Under the pieces are notes generated by a model. It worked only from the letters and a program-made list of their open reading frames with translations. It searched no databases and was not told the origin of the DNA. A stretch of 46,864 bases of DNA from the NCBI RefSeq assembly GCF_006345805.1, contig NW_021834612.1:1-46864 (forward strand). Reading direction: 5' to 3'. Positions 22,950 through 37,072 of the stretch are shown in pieces; within the stretch, counting starts at the first letter, position 1; each line of letters opens with the position of its first letter. The stretch is from Octopus sinensis (taxonomy: Eukaryota). The translations under genes and the position numbers were made by a program.

Positions 22950-23900
22950 CACTGTAGTTTGATATTCACAATAAATATTACTTCAAATCATGTGGATACC
23001 TCCTTGTGATTATAGTTTTCAGTAACCAACTTTACTCAGTACAATCTTGTAAGTAGTAGAACAGGAGGGACATGTCTTGTTTAGGTTGATTAGGCCACTC
23101 AAGCATAGGGTTTCTGGAGGTGTGTATTCTGATACTTGGCTTCCATCTGTTCCAACATGAGGATGGGAGCCACCATTTCAGAATGAGTTGACATAAGTTT
23201 ACTTACCAGGCATTCTATGGTCTCTTTGTTGTTTTGTAGCTTAATGGTGGCAGGCATAAGTATTCAGGGCTTGCTTCTAATTGCTTGATCTAACTTGATC
23301 ATATGTACCATCTCATCAGAATAATTTCTGGTGACATTAACTGTATCAGCACCAGGCAACTCTCAGACCCTCCTATAATTTCAAAACTTCTTTTAATGTG
23401 TTTTTACTTCTTTTTTTTTCTGGATACTCAGTCACACACAGTCTACTTTTTGGTTCCTTTTTGACACTCTGGAAAACTCGTGGGAGAATCAGCTGATAGA
23501 AGGTTTGGGCCTTTCATATTTTGTATCTTTCAGCTTAGCCATGCCATGGGGATAAAAGGCAGTTGTTTTGTTACTGCCGGTGATGCCATATTTCTGCAGA
23601 AAAGTTAATTCCTCTGATATGAACAATGATCCCTGATCATAATGAATATGAGCAGCTACTCCAACTACACTGAACAACTTATGATCTTAGCTATCATTTT
23701 GGGACAGGGTGTACATGAATGGTAAACAACAATATTCATCAATTGCTGTTAAAATGTAATAGCTTTTATTAGCCATTCAAGCAATATATTGATGGCATAA
23801 CAAATTGAGCAGATCTGCTCACTAAAATTGAGCAGATTTATTGTGGTGCAGTTCATTCAGTTTTACATCAATTTTTCACATTCTAGCATGGGTTAGAGAA
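22950..23900 (-). mobile_element. Gypsy integrase remnant
   Basis: YILTAIDEY...PFMYPCP, then FSVVGVAAHIHYDQGSLFISEELTFLQKYGI...KTTAFYP (DDE core); no LTRs seen. Confidence 0.75.
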
Positions 23901-25084
23901 ATATATTACACTGGCATTGCTTTATAGTTGGATGCTTTCCCTGTGGCTAACCCATGCCTTGTTCTCAAGTGATCTCTTATGCCACATATCTTTGAAGGCA
24001 CAAAACTGGCAGGTGATTTGTTGATAGGGGAAATTACATCACTTCTTGCAGCATTTTGAATTTAGAAGAAATGCAAATATAAACACACACACATACACAG
24101 CAGGCTTCTTTTAGTTTAAAGCTACCGAATCCATGCACAACTTTTTGATTAGCCTGGGGGCCAAAAACGAAGACACTTGCAATAAGTGCCGTACAGTGGG
24201 ACTGAATCCAAAACCCTGTGGTTGGCAGGTAAATTTCTTAATGACATAGTTATGTCTGTATCTTAGACAGTATATCAGCTGCACAATTCAGTGCAGCTGG
24301 GCAATATTGTCATAAAAAAAGGGCACTCCTGCTTTCTAGCACATAGCCCTTTGCAGAGAATGTCAATGATCATGTGCTTCTTAGTGGGTGAGTGTTTGTA
24401 TTCATGGTATGTATATGTCCATGAGAGCAATGCAACTGGTCACCTGGCCACACTAGTGTGGTATGTCTGCTTCAATGGTGAATATGCAATTATCGAATTG
24501 CTGCGATAAAAGTTTTCAATACCATTTTCTTTCATGTTATGAAGGCTGCCAGTACTGGGGTATCAAACAGGAATTCTTGTTCATTTTACACAAGAATTGT
24601 TATATCCACTGTAAATTACTTGAAAACCTCCATATTACAGGTGAAGGGAAACCATATCCTCTGCAGCTGGTGTGTTCAACAGTAATTGCTGGTGTTTGGA
24701 GTCAGGTTGATAGATGCTTGATTTAATGGGCATTTATTATTGTTTAGTATCAAATTTATTCTTTTGCTGACTTCTAAGAACTGGTTTGAATTTGTATTAT
24801 GTTTGGTCTGCATTCTTCTGCAGACAATAACAATATTAATGTATAAAAATGCATCTTTAACATTGGCATTTTTGTCGATGTGGTCTATAACTCTGTAAAG
24901 CTGCCACTCCTAATGATGCCTTGCTGAATTGGCAGGACTTGCTGCAAGTTTTGAAAGCTGCAAAGGGCTTTTATATGGATTTAGTGGGAAATACTTCACA
25001 GACTCTGTGTACTAAATACTTTGTATTTTGCAATCTTTTCCATTATTTCATTGATACTCGAAAATGGAGAGTAGTCAGTAACCA

Positions 25085-25243
25085 TGGTCGATGTGTTGCT
25101 TAAGAAGTTAGCTTCCCAACCACATGGTTTCAGGTTCAGTGCCACTGTATGGTATCTTGATCAAGTGCCGTAAACTATAGCACCAGGCTGACCAGAGGCT
25201 TGTGAATAGATTTGATTGATGGAATCTGAAAGAAGTTCATGCA

Positions 25244-25290
<47 letters not shown>
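25085..25290 (+). mobile_element. tRNA-derived SINE head with microsatellite
   Basis: ccaaccacatggtttcaggttcagtgccact...ctgaaagaag followed by (GT)n(AT)n. Confidence 0.7.
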
Positions 25291-25294
<4 letters not shown>

Positions 25295-26022
25295 CATGTG
25301 TGCTTTTATGTTTTCTTGTATTACATCATGTGATAGCTGTAAATGAGTGTCACTGCCATACAAGAAGTGTAATTCATTTTCAGTATTCTGTAAAAGTATC
25401 TGGCCAAAGAGAAATATATGGTGAAGGTTAGTGACAAAAAGGACATCCAACTATACAAAATCTGCCTTCACCTTTGATCCATGCAATCTTGGGAAAGTGA
25501 TTCTTAAGTTTTTAACCTCTGGTGATTAGCACTTTAGCTCTCTTAGGAGACTTGCTGGGCTCATCATTGCTATGTTATTGCCTTCAGCTAACTTCTGAAT
25601 GTATGAAGCAGAAGTCTGTCTTACTATGTTACTGGACTTGGCAGCAACAGGCTTCTAGATCAGAAGGAAATTGTTAAATATCACAGTACAGGACTTTTAA
25701 TAGTTAGGTCACATACTGTAAGTGGGTGGGTAGCGTGGAGTGCCATGAAACTTAGTTAACGTTCATATGTTGTTTTAGGATATTATGTCTATACACAATT
25801 CTTTTGTTACAATCAGTTCAACCTTTTGGTATTTATCAGAACAAAAAGAAACATCTGATAATTGAGAATTGAAAACTGTAGAGTGGTAGTTACCATGGAA
25901 ATTATTGTTAAGTGAATGACTGCCAAAACTCCAAAACTCATAGAACATTTTTAACTTAGTCTTTGTTTTGAGAAGACAGTTTCTTAGGTTGAGGGAAGAC
26001 ATAGTTGGTATAAGAGGCTACT

Positions 26023-29000
26023 GTCATCATCATCATTTTTTAGCGTTCGCTTTCTGTGCTGGCATGTGTTGGATAGTTTGACCAAGGGCTGGGAAGCCAG
26101 AAGGCTGCACGAGGCTCCAATCTGATCTGGCAAAGTTTCTACTTCTGGATGCCCTTCCTAATGCCAACCACTCCAAGAGTGTATTGGGTGCTTTTTATGT
26201 ACCACTGGCACAAAGGCTAGTCAGGCAGTACTAGCATCAGCCATGCTCGAATGGTGCTTTTTATGTGCCATGGGCATGGGACCAGTCAGCCGGCACTGGC
26301 ATCGCCCACGCTTGAATGATGTTTTTTACGTACCACCGGCATGGGAGCTAGTCAGGTATCACTGGCAACAACCACACTGGAATGGTGCTTTTTACGGGCC
26401 ACTAACCCAGGACTAGTCAGGCAGCATTGGCATCAACTATGCCCAAATGGTGCTTTTTACGTGCCACCGGCACAGGTGCCAACCAGGTGGTACTGTTATC
26501 AGACACGACAATGACTTGACTTGACTCAGCAGGTCTTCGCAAGTGCAGTTTATTGCCCAATCATTGAAGGGTCCTCTTAAATGGGCTGGTTATGCTGCAC
26601 TGGCATACGTCATGGTTACGGTCTCAGTTTGCCGTGTTTTCTCAAGCACAGCATATCTCCAAAAGTCTGTCACTTGTCATCGCCCCTGTGAAGCCAACAT
26701 TTAAAGGTCATGCTTCACCACCTCATCCCAGGTCTTCTTGGGTCTACCTCTTCCACAGGTTCCCTCTACTGCTAGGATGTGACACTTTTTCACACAGCTG
26801 TCCTCATCCATACGCAGCACATGACCATACCAACGCAGTCATCTCTCTTGCACACCACATCTGATGCTTCTTAAGTCCAACTTTTCTCTCAGGGCACTTT
26901 CACTCTGTCGTGTATGCACATTGATATTACACATCCAACAGAGCATACTAACTTCATTCCTTGCAAGCTTTCACATGTCCTCACTACAATGTAACATAGC
27001 TGTTCGCACACATGCGTCATAGTCTACCTTTTATTTTGAGCAAGAAGCCCTTTTGTCACCAGCAGAGGTAGGAGCTCTTTGAACTTTGCCCAGGCTATTC
27101 TTATTCTAGCAGCTACACTCTCAGAGCATCCTCCCTCGCTACTGACTTGGTCACATAGGTAACAGAAGCTTTGTAGTTTTTCCCCTGGCATGTGATGGAA
27201 GCTGTTTTCTGCACGTTTTCAGTGTTTACTGCCCTTGAGCATTTGTCACACACAAAAAATATCTCCCCAGTTAGCCTTCCTTTGATATTGCTGCATCTAT
27301 GTGTCCAGAGCTTACACTGGGTACATCTTAAGGAGTTTCTACCTATGACTTTTCTACAGATCATTTACCTGAAGGGATTTGTGATTTGTCTGCCTTCGTA
27401 CTTATTGTGACTTTAATTTTTGCTAGATTGACTCTAGGGCCCTTCAATTCTAGACCTTGTTTTCACACCTGAAACTTCTCTAGTTCTGATAGCAACTCAG
27501 CTATTAGAGCAAGGTCATCAACATAGAGAAGCTCCCAAGGGCATCCTGTCTTGATTTCCTCTGTTATTGTCTGGTGGACTATGATAAGAGGGGGCTGAGG
27601 AGTGATCGTTGGTGGACCCCTACCCCTATCTGAAATTCTTCACTATACTCATTGCCAACCCTCGCTTTACTGACAGCATCCCTGTACATGGCTTGTGCTC
27701 TTACTAGCCACTCATATATCCCTAGTTTCCACATTCACCACCAGATAAGGGATCGGGGGACCCTGCCAAAGACTTTCTCCATGTCAATGAAAGCCAGATA
27801 CAGAGGTTTATCTTTGGCTAAGTACTTCTCCTGTAGCTGTCTTACCAGAAATATAGCATCAATGGTGTTTTTCCCTGGCACAAACCTAAACTGCATCTCG
27901 TCTAAACTATCTTTCTCCTGAATTAGTTTGTAATACTAACTCCAATAAACCTGCCAGTTACCTATTCACCTATCTGGTGGACACACTAGACAAATTAACT
28001 ACATCCTTGCCAGGAAAAGGGAAAGATGCCAAAACCTTCCCAGGTGAAGAATGCACCCCTCAACATAGATTAGTCATTAGCAACTTCAGGAACAGGGCTA
28101 AATGGATGTCCAGCAGATGACCAGCATGGAGAAGGGTCTGGAATTAGTTGGGCTATGACCCTCGCCATGACTTTCATTACCTGATCCAATAACTTGATAC
28201 ATCATCATCATCATCATTTAACGTCTGCTTTCCATGGGTTGGACGGTTCAACTGGGGTCTGGGGAGCCCGAAGGCTGCACCAGGCCAGTCAGATCTGGCA
28301 GTGTTTCTACAGCTGGATGCCCTTCCTAACGCCAACCACTCCGAGAGTGTAGTGGGTGATTTTATGTGCCACCGACACAGGTGCCAGACGAGGCTGGCGA
28401 ACAGCCACGCTCGGATGGTGTTTTTATGTGCCACCGACACAGGTGCCAGACGAGGCTGGCGAACGGCCACGCTCGGATGGTGTTTTTATGTGCCACTGAC
28501 ACAGGTGCCAGACGAGGCTGACGAACGGCCACGATCGGATGGTGTTTCTTACGTGCCCACAGCACGGAGGCCAGTCGATGCGGTACTGGCTACGGCCACG
28601 TTCGGACGGTTTTCTTGTGTGCCACCGGCACTGGTACCGCAAAGATACAAATTCCATTGATGTTCATCTATTTTGATTTGATTTGATTTTCACTTGCCTC
28701 AACAGGTCTTCACAAGTGTCACAAGAAGGAAGGAAGGTATGCACAGGTGAACTGACAACGTCCCAGGTAGGGGCCACGGGTTATGGCCTGACTAGTCTTG
28801 CCGGGTCTTCGGATGATGTTTTTATGTGTCTCCGACACAGGTGCCAGATGGATGGTGTTTGTTACGTGCCCACAGCACGGAGGCCAGTCGATGCGGTACT
28901 GGCTACGGCCACGTTCGGATGGTTTTCTTGTGTGCCACCGGCACTGGTACCACAAAGATACAAATTCCATTGATGTTCATCTATTTTGATTTGATTTGAT

Positions 29001-30190
29001 CACTTGTCTCAACAGGTCTTCACAAGTGTCACAAGAAGGAAGGTATGCACAGGTGGACTGACTACGTCCCAGGTAGAGGCCACGGGTTATGGCCTGACTA
29101 GTCTTGCCGCTGTAATTATTCATACCTAATGCATTGCCTTTACTTTTGTTAGCAGTTGACTATGGTACTACTACCCCAGTCATTGGGTATGACTCCATCA
29201 TGAATTACCTGGTTTACAATGTGGGTGACTTGACTATAGCTGGCACCGCCAGATATTTTAAGCATCTCTGTGGTGATTCCTGATGGGCTGGAGGCTTTCC
29301 CTGTCATCATACCCTTAATTGCTTTATCTGCCAAGGTACTGTCAATTCGGATAGCTGGTCCCTCTGTTGAGTCAACATTCAGCAGACTCTCTTTCTCCTA
29401 TTCCTTCTCTTCATTTAGCAACCTCATTAAATGCACGTGAGCCATCATCCATGCGGACACATTTCTCTCCTATGACATCACAATTTTCTCTCACACCCTG
29501 TCTTGCAATATGAAACACTTCGTCTTTGGTCTTCACAACACATGACATTGGCAAATTTTTTCTTATCTGCTTCCCCTCTGGCTAAGTAAACCTGTCTCCA
29601 AGCTTCCCTTCTGGCAATCTGATACATTTCCCTTCTACCACCGTTATTCCAGTCCTTCCATACCTGTTTCTTTTCCTTAATGGCCCTGTCAACTACATTG
29701 TTCCACCACCACATTATCTTGGGTCGAGAGGGGACTTTGCACCATCCTCAGATCTGGTCAGTAACCCTCAACAGGTTATCCCGTAGGAACCTCCAGTTGT
29801 CTTCTACATTATGTGTAGCTATATCCTCTATTTTGTCAAAAGCTTCGAGTAATACCTCTCTAAATCTATGTCCATTTGCAGGATCCTTAAGCTTCCAGAC
29901 CCTTCTCCATGCTGGTCGTCTGCTGGGCATCCATTTAGTCCTGTTCCTGAAGTTGACTAATCTATGTTGAGGGGTGCATTCTTCACCTGGGAAGGTTTTG
30001 GCATCTCTCCCTTTTCCTGGCAAGGATGTAGTTAATTTGTCTAGTGTGTCCACCAGATAGGTGAATAGGTAACTGGCAGGTTTATTGAAGTTAGTATTAC
30101 AAACCATAAGCTCGCTTGCATCGCAGAACTCCAGCAGCCTGGTTCCATCCCCATTGCAGGAACCAAAACCATAGCCTCTATGTACACCAT
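26023..30190 (-). mobile_element. Older long RTE copy carrying an inverted internal duplication and a younger nested RTE tail
   Basis: Tail and array at 26023-26560; RT/thumb 26570-27929 continuing at 28141-28200 and 29111-30190 into the APE (GFGSCNGDGTRLLEFCDA). Confidence 0.85.
28201..29110 (-). mobile_element. Young RTE 3' UTR-only insertion with a tandemly duplicated segment
   Basis: Nearly the same subfamily as 4033-4665; ~28850-29110 repeats ~28545-28805; it interrupts the host RT at NYRGIK. Confidence 0.85.
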
Positions 30191-30212
30191 GGAATGTTTG
30201 TTTGTATGTATA

Positions 30213-30545
30213 TAATCTTGTTTCAGTCATTGGACAGCAGCTATGCTGGGGCATTACCTTGAAGGGTTTTAGTTGAATAACTTGACCCAAGTACTTATTT
30301 TTTAAAGCGCTTGGTACTTGCTCTGTTGGTCTCTTTTGTCAAACTACTACATTATTGGGATGTAAACAAACACCTGTTGTCAAGCTGTGGTGGGGGGCAA
30401 ACACACACACACACACATATATATCTCAGTTTTTGTCTACCAGCTCCACTCACAAGTCTATAGTAGACACCATAGTAGACAGATGCTATGCAGTGGAACT
30501 GAACCTAGAATCACCATGTGGTTGCAAAGCAAATTTCATGTGACA
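30213..30545 (-). mobile_element. Near-complete tRNA-derived SINE (head, microsatellite linker, CR1-like tail)
   Basis: Same organisation as 46165-46490; the 3' end reads ccagcatagc...tgactgaaacaag. Confidence 0.7.
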
Positions 30546-30557
30546 TTTATGTCTATA

Positions 30558-30610
<53 letters not shown>

Positions 30611-30613
<3 letters not shown>

Positions 30614-31405
30614 TCATCATCATTTAGCGTCCGTTTTCCATGCTAGCATGGGTTGGACGGTTCAACTGGGGTCTGTGAAGCCGGAAGGCTTCATCAGGCC
30701 CAGTCAGATCTGGCAATGTTTCTACAGCTGGATGCCCTTCCTAACGCCAACCACTCCGTGAGTGTAGTGGGTGCTTTTTACGTGCCACCCGCACAGGTGC
30801 CAGACAGGGCTGGCAAACGGCCACGAACGGATGGTGCTTTTACGTGCCACCGGCACGGGGGCCAGGCGAGGCTGACAACGGACACGAACGGATGGTGCTT
30901 TTACGTGCCACCGGCACGGGGGCCAGACGGAGCGGCGCCGGCAACGACCACGATCGGATGGTTCGCTAAACCACAGCTGCATTTTCCACTGATGTTGATC
31001 GACCTCAATTTTGGTTCTGCTTTCTGATTTGATTTGGTTTGATTTTGATTGTTCTCACTGGTCTTGCCGGGTCTTCTCACGCACAGCATATTTCCATAGG
31101 TCTCGGTCTCTAATCATTTCCTTGGTGAGACCTAAAGTTCGAAGGTCATGCTTCACCACCTCGTCCCAGGTTTTCCTGGGTCTACCTCTTCCACAGGTTC
31201 CCTCAACTGCCAGGGTGTGACACTTTTTCACACCCCTATCTTCATCCATTCTCGCCACATGACCATACCAGCACAATCGTCTCTCTTGCACACAACAACT
31301 GATGCTTCTTAGGTCCAACTTTTCTCTCAAGGTACTTACACTCTGTCGACTATGAACACTGACATTACACATCCAACGGAGCATACTAGCTTCATTTCTT
31401 GCGAG
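30611..31405 (-). mobile_element. 5'-truncated RTE copy
   Basis: ORF C-terminus (RKLARNEASMLRWMC...EKTRQDQ), array and (GAT)n tail abutting (AT)n at 30554-30610. Confidence 0.9.
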
Positions 31406-31624
31406 CTTACGCAAATCCAGAAAATGGAAATAACTTTTGATCAACAAACAAATAGAACCACATCGGTTCACCGCAACTTTCTCTCTTTCTTCTGTTGGCC
31501 TACCTGCTTAGCCAACGGGTTGGCATCATTTCAAGGCTAAAACAATGTGAAGTGCATTGTGACCAGCGATGTGTAGCAACATCTGATAGCCTGGTCGGTC
31601 ATGTGATATATATGTGTATATATT

Positions 31625-31659
<35 letters not shown>

Positions 31660-31828
31660 GTATGTATGTATGTATGTATTAGAAAAAATAAGGTCCTCAG
31701 ATATCTAGATGGTTGTACATTTACAGATTTTATTAATGTCACATGTTTTTATAAATCATATTAGCGCTTCCATCTACTCTAGTAGATTCTTCGTAAGTTC
31801 TGCATTCTAACCACTGAGCTATGCGCCA

Positions 31829-34072
31829 TTTATTTTATTTTATTTCATCTAGTTTCAGCTCACAAGCTGAGGCCATGCCATTTGGTGTTGCTAGATAATT
31901 TTACTTCACAAATGCTTTTTAACAATTGACATTTGGTGCATGACAGAGTTTGATGCAGCTGCCCTCATCTGCACCTCTTGCCGCAAAGTTGGTTCATCTG
32001 GGACACCCGACAGGAAGAGGTCCAGCTTTATTTTGAAGGCACCTACATCTACCCCATGCAAGTCTCTCAGGTCCTTCGGGAGGATATTGAAGAGGTATGG
32101 ACCTCTGAAGCCCAAGCTACATCTTGATGGCAAATTTGGAGTCCTTGGCACTATGCAGTGACGCCCAGTTCTAGTATTTGTGTAACTCTCAATGGCAAAG
32201 TTTGGGACAAGTCCTTCCAGGATCTTCCAAATGTATATTATGGCATATCTTTCTCGCCTAAGCTCTAAGGAATAGAGTCTTAATCTCTTGAGTCTTTCCC
32301 AAAAGCTTATATGCTGCACAGAGGCTATCTTCTTCATGTAGCTTTGTTGGATTGCCTCAAGTTTTGAGATTAATTTGACATTGGTTGGTGACCATAGCTG
32401 TGAGCAATAGTCAAAGTGGCTGAGGACAAGTGTCCTCCAGAGGACCATCATGGTTTCCTGGTCTCTTGTTCTAAAAGCTCTAAGAATCTATCCAGTCAGC
32501 CGCCTACATTTCATTGCCAATTTAGCAACATGCACATGAAAGGTTGCATCATTACTCATGTAAATACCCAGGTCTCGCACTGATTGTGCTTCTGGTATTG
32601 CAATCCCTCCAGGTCCAGTGTATTTATTGGGTATTGCATTTAATTTTGCATTCTTATAGCACAAAGCTTGAAACTTTTCAGCATTGAACTGCATGCTTGT
32701 ATATTTTATCCAGCTCACATTGCAGGTGCATAGTGTCTTCAGGGTTCTGTATTACCTGTGAAACTTTTGTATCATCTGCATAACTGGTGATCGTAGCTCT
32801 CTGTGTTGCTGAGGGCATGTATGAGAGGGCCATTATGAACAGTAGTGGTCCCAAAACTGCCCTGCGGAACACCGCTCACTATTTGCGTGTTAATTGGCTA
32901 CTACCACCTGGCTTCTATCCTTCAGAAAGTCATGAAGCCATTCTCCCAATTTTCCAACTATGCCAAGATCATGCAGTTTGTGACACATCATTCCATGATC
33001 GACTTTTCAAAGGGCTTTGCAAAGTCGAGATATATGACTTCCACATTTGAGTGGTTGAGCAGCTGTTTCAGCACCCAATCATAGTGTTGTAGGAGCTGAG
33101 TTACGCAGCTTCTTCTTGGTCGGAAACCATGTTGGGTGTCAGGCAATTAGTTTCCTTCTGACTATTCATCAGAGATAGGTCTGTAGTTCTTGGCCTCCGC
33201 TCTGCTACCTCCTTTATGAATAGGGCATATTTTATCCTCCTTCAGTTTTCTTGGAAGTTTGCCAGTTGCAAGGAAGCTCTGAAAGAGTGACTGCGGTGGT
33301 CTTGCTAGGACTCGCTTACATACTTTTAGAAGGATTGCTGGGAATCTATCAGGGCCAGTAGCTGAGTTTGGGTTCATTTCATCTATAGCCTTTATTACAT
33401 CATCTTCCTTTATATTAATGTAATCAATCATCATTGCCTCTGTTTTTATATCTGCACTGGTAAAGAAGTCAGTTGGATTGCTGACTTGAAAGTGCCCTAG
33501 AGGTGGAGTGAAAATACTTTTGAATTGCTCATTTCATTTATTCTCATTGGATTTCCTGTGAGTGTACCATCTTTTTTGATGAGTGGCCCTATCCTGCAGT
33601 GCACCGAAGCTGTTTCTTTGGCAAACTTGTAGAAAGCTCTGGGGTTAGATTTTATATTGTCTATAGCCCAGGCTTCTTTGTCTGTTCTTTCTTTTTCATG
33701 GGAAAGTTTCAGACACTTTTCAATTTCCAGCAGTTTTATTTTCAGGCGGGACTTTTCACTGCTTTCAATTTTTTTGTTTAGGTGATTTGAAACTTTTGTA
33801 CGCCATCTCATAAGAATTTTGTTCTTGTGTACAGTGGCCTTTGTCTCTGAGACACATTTGTAGCATATGGCTTGCATTACAGACATGAATTGTTGAAGTG
33901 TCATGTTGATGTCCAGTGAGGAGAGACATTTAGGCCAGTTTTGTTTGAGGATCTCTTTCTCAATTTGTTTCCAGTTTGCCTTATGGAAGTTCAAGCTGGA
34001 AAGATTCTGAGGGTTTCTTGTAGGCTGCATGGTCAGCTCTACCATGTGATCCGAGAGTAGTGTCGGTGTCAC
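31829..34072 (-). mobile_element. Decayed 5'-truncated CR1-type LINE
   Basis: LNFHKANW, SATGPDRFPAILLK, NYRPIS, VLGPLLF...SYADDTKV and LRLYSLELRRERY motifs over several frames; A-rich tail. Confidence 0.85.
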
Positions 34073-34086
34073 TTTATATATGTACG

Positions 34087-34125
<39 letters not shown>

Positions 34126-34140
34126 TTATCTATATATATG

Positions 34141-34388
34141 TATCATCATCATTGTTTAATGTCCGGTTTCCATGCTAGCATGGGTTGGATGGTTTGATGG
34201 CTGGCGAACCAGATGGCTGCACCAGACTCCAGTCTTGATCTGGCAGAGTTTCTACAGCTTGATGCCCTTCCTAATGCCAACCACTCCGAGAGTGTATTGG
34301 GTGCTTTTACATGCCACCGGCACGAGGGCCAGTCAGGCGGTACTGGCAACAACCTCGCTCGAATCTTTTTACACATGCCAATGGCACA
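34141..34388 (-). mobile_element. RTE tail-only copy
   Basis: Tail motif and two array cores; abuts (AT)n at 34091-34140. Confidence 0.8.
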
Positions 34389-34454
34389 TTCTTATCCCCA
34401 TAAAACTTTGCTTCCTTAATTCTTCTCACTTTTAGTTCCATATTTCGTCTTGCT

Positions 34455-37030
34455 TGCTTGCTAGAAAAAGAGAAAGATGGCTGCTTATAAATGCCAAAAC
34501 CTTTCCAGGCGAAGAATGTACCCCACAACATAGACTGGTAGTTAGTGACTGTAGGATCAGGGCTAAGTGGATGCCCAGAAGACGACCAGCATAGAGGAGG
34601 AGGGTCTGAAGGCTTAAAGATCCTGCGAATGAACAGAGATTTAGACATATTACTCGAAGCCTTTCACGAAATAGAAGGGGATATAGCTTCACATGGAGTA
34701 GAAGACAACTGGAGGTTTCTAAGGGACAACCTGCTGAGAGGCTTTGACCAGATCTGTGGATAGTGCAAAGTCCCCTCTCGACCCAAAATAACGTGGTGGT
34801 GGTGGAATAGTGTTGTTGACAGGGCTGTTAGAGAAAAGAAACAGGCTTGGAAGGACTGGAAGAACGTGGTAGCAGGGAGTTGTATCAGACGGCTAGAAGG
34901 GAAGCTAGGAGACAGGTTTATTTAGCCAGAGGGGAAACAAATAGGAAAAAATTTGCCAACGTTCTATGCCATGAGGACCAAAGACTTGAGGTATTTCGTG
35001 TTGCTGGAAGTGTGTGAGAGAGAATCGTGATGTTGTAGGAGACAAATGTGTCCGCATGGATGATGGCTCTCTTGCACTAAATGAGGCTGCAAAGAGAGGT
35101 TTGGAGACACCACTATGAAAGGTTGCTGAATAAAGAACATGATTGGGGGAGAGAGAGAGAGTCTGCCAAATGTCAACCCAACTGAGGGACCAGCTATCCA
35201 AGTTGACAGTACCTTGGTTGATAAAACAATTAAGAGTATGAAGACAGGGAAAGCCCCGGCCCATCAGGAATTACTGCAGAGATGTTCAAAAGAGGTATCA
35301 AGTTTTTGGATCAGTTAATGAAGGTCACGGAGAGGGTCAGTTTAGATGAGATGCAGTTTGGGTTCGTGCCAGGGGAAAAGCACCACTGATGCTATATTTC
35401 TGTTAAGACAGCTGCAGGAAATATACCTAACCTAAGATAAACCTCTGTACCTGGCTTTTGTTGACATGGAGAAGGCCTTTGACAGGGTCCCCCGATCCCT
35501 TATCTGGTGGTCAATGAGGAAACTAAGGATAGATGAATGGTTAGTGAGAGCTGTACAAGCCATGTACAGGGACGCTGTAAGGTGAGAGTTGGCAACGGGT
35601 ACAGTGAAAAGTGCTGAGTAGAGGTAGGGATCCACCAAGATTCAGTCCTCAGCCCCCTCCTATTTATCATAGTCCTCCAGGCAATAACAAGGGAATTCAA
35701 GATAGAATGCCCCTGGGAGCTCCTCTATGCTGACGACCTTGCTCTAATTGCTGAGTCACTATCAGAACTAGAGAAGTTTTAGGTGTGGAAACGAGGATTA
35801 GAATCAAAGGGTGTTAGTCAACCTAACTAAAACCAAAGTCCTAAGTAGGAAGGCAGGCAAACCACGAATCCCTTCAGGTAGATGGACCTGCTCGATCTGT
35901 AAAAATGGCGTAGGTAGAAACTCTATAAGATGTACCCAGTGTAAGCTATGGACACATAAGAGGTGCAGCAATATCAAAGGAAGGCTAACTGGGAGGATAG
36001 CTTTTGTATGTGGCAGATGCTCAGGAGCAATAAATACTGAAAATGTGCAACGAACAACTTCCACCACATTCCAGGGAGAAAAACTAGAAGTAGTTGATAG
36101 CTTCCGTTACCTAGGTGACCAAGTCAGTAGCAGGGGAGGGTGCTCTGAAAGTGTATCTGCTAGAGTAAGAATAGCCTGGGCAAAGTTCAGAGAGCTCTTA
36201 CCTCTGCTGGTGACAAAGGGCCTCTCGCTCAGAGTAAAAGGTAGACTGTATGACACATGTGTACAAACAGCCATGCTACATGGCAGTGAAACATGGGCTG
36301 TGACTACTGAAGACATGCGTAAGCTCGCAAGGAATGAAGCTAGTATGCTCCGATGGATGTGTAATGTCAGTGTGCATACTCGACAGTGTAAGTACCTTGA
36401 GAGAAAAGTTGAACCTAAGAAGCATCAGTTGTGGTGCGCAAGAGAGATGACTGCGCTGGTATGGCCATGTGGCGAGAATGGATGAGGATAGATGTGTGAA
36501 AAAATGCCACACCCTAGTTGTTGAGGGAACCTGTGGAAGAGGTAGAGCCAGGAAGACCTGGAATGAGGTGGTGAAGCATGACCTTTGAACATTGGGCCTC
36601 ATTGAGACAATAACTAGTGACCGGAACCTTTGGAAATATGCTGTGCTTGAGAAGACTTGGCAAGCCCAAGTGAGACCATAACCTTGTGGCCTATGCCAGG
36701 GGTGTAACCAGCCCACTTATGCGTACCTTTCCTTCATTGGACACTAGACTCTGTTTGTGAAGACCTGTTGAGGCAAGTGAAATCGAAATCCATACTAGTG
36801 GAGCACTAAGAGTACCATACAAGCGTGATCGTTGCCAGAGCAACAAACTGGCATTCATACCGGTGACATGTAAAAAGCACCATTCGAGCGTGATCGTTAC
36901 CTGCGTCGCCTTACTGGCACTTGTGCTGGGGGCATGTGAAAAAGCATTCAAGCGAGGTCGTTGCCAGTCCTGCTGGACTAACTCTTGTGCACTCAAAAAG
37001 CACCATTTGAGCATGGCTGTTGCCAGTCAT
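34455..37030 (+). mobile_element. Decayed RTE copy with internal deletions and a divergent array
   Basis: From the late APE (INAKTFPGEECTPQHRLV) through RT, PHD-like finger and thumb (ORF 35811..36485) to older array units; 3' tail missing. Confidence 0.9.
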
Positions 37031-37072
37031 CGTAATTGTTATAATGTCTTGTTGTTGAGAGAGGCTCTCTTT

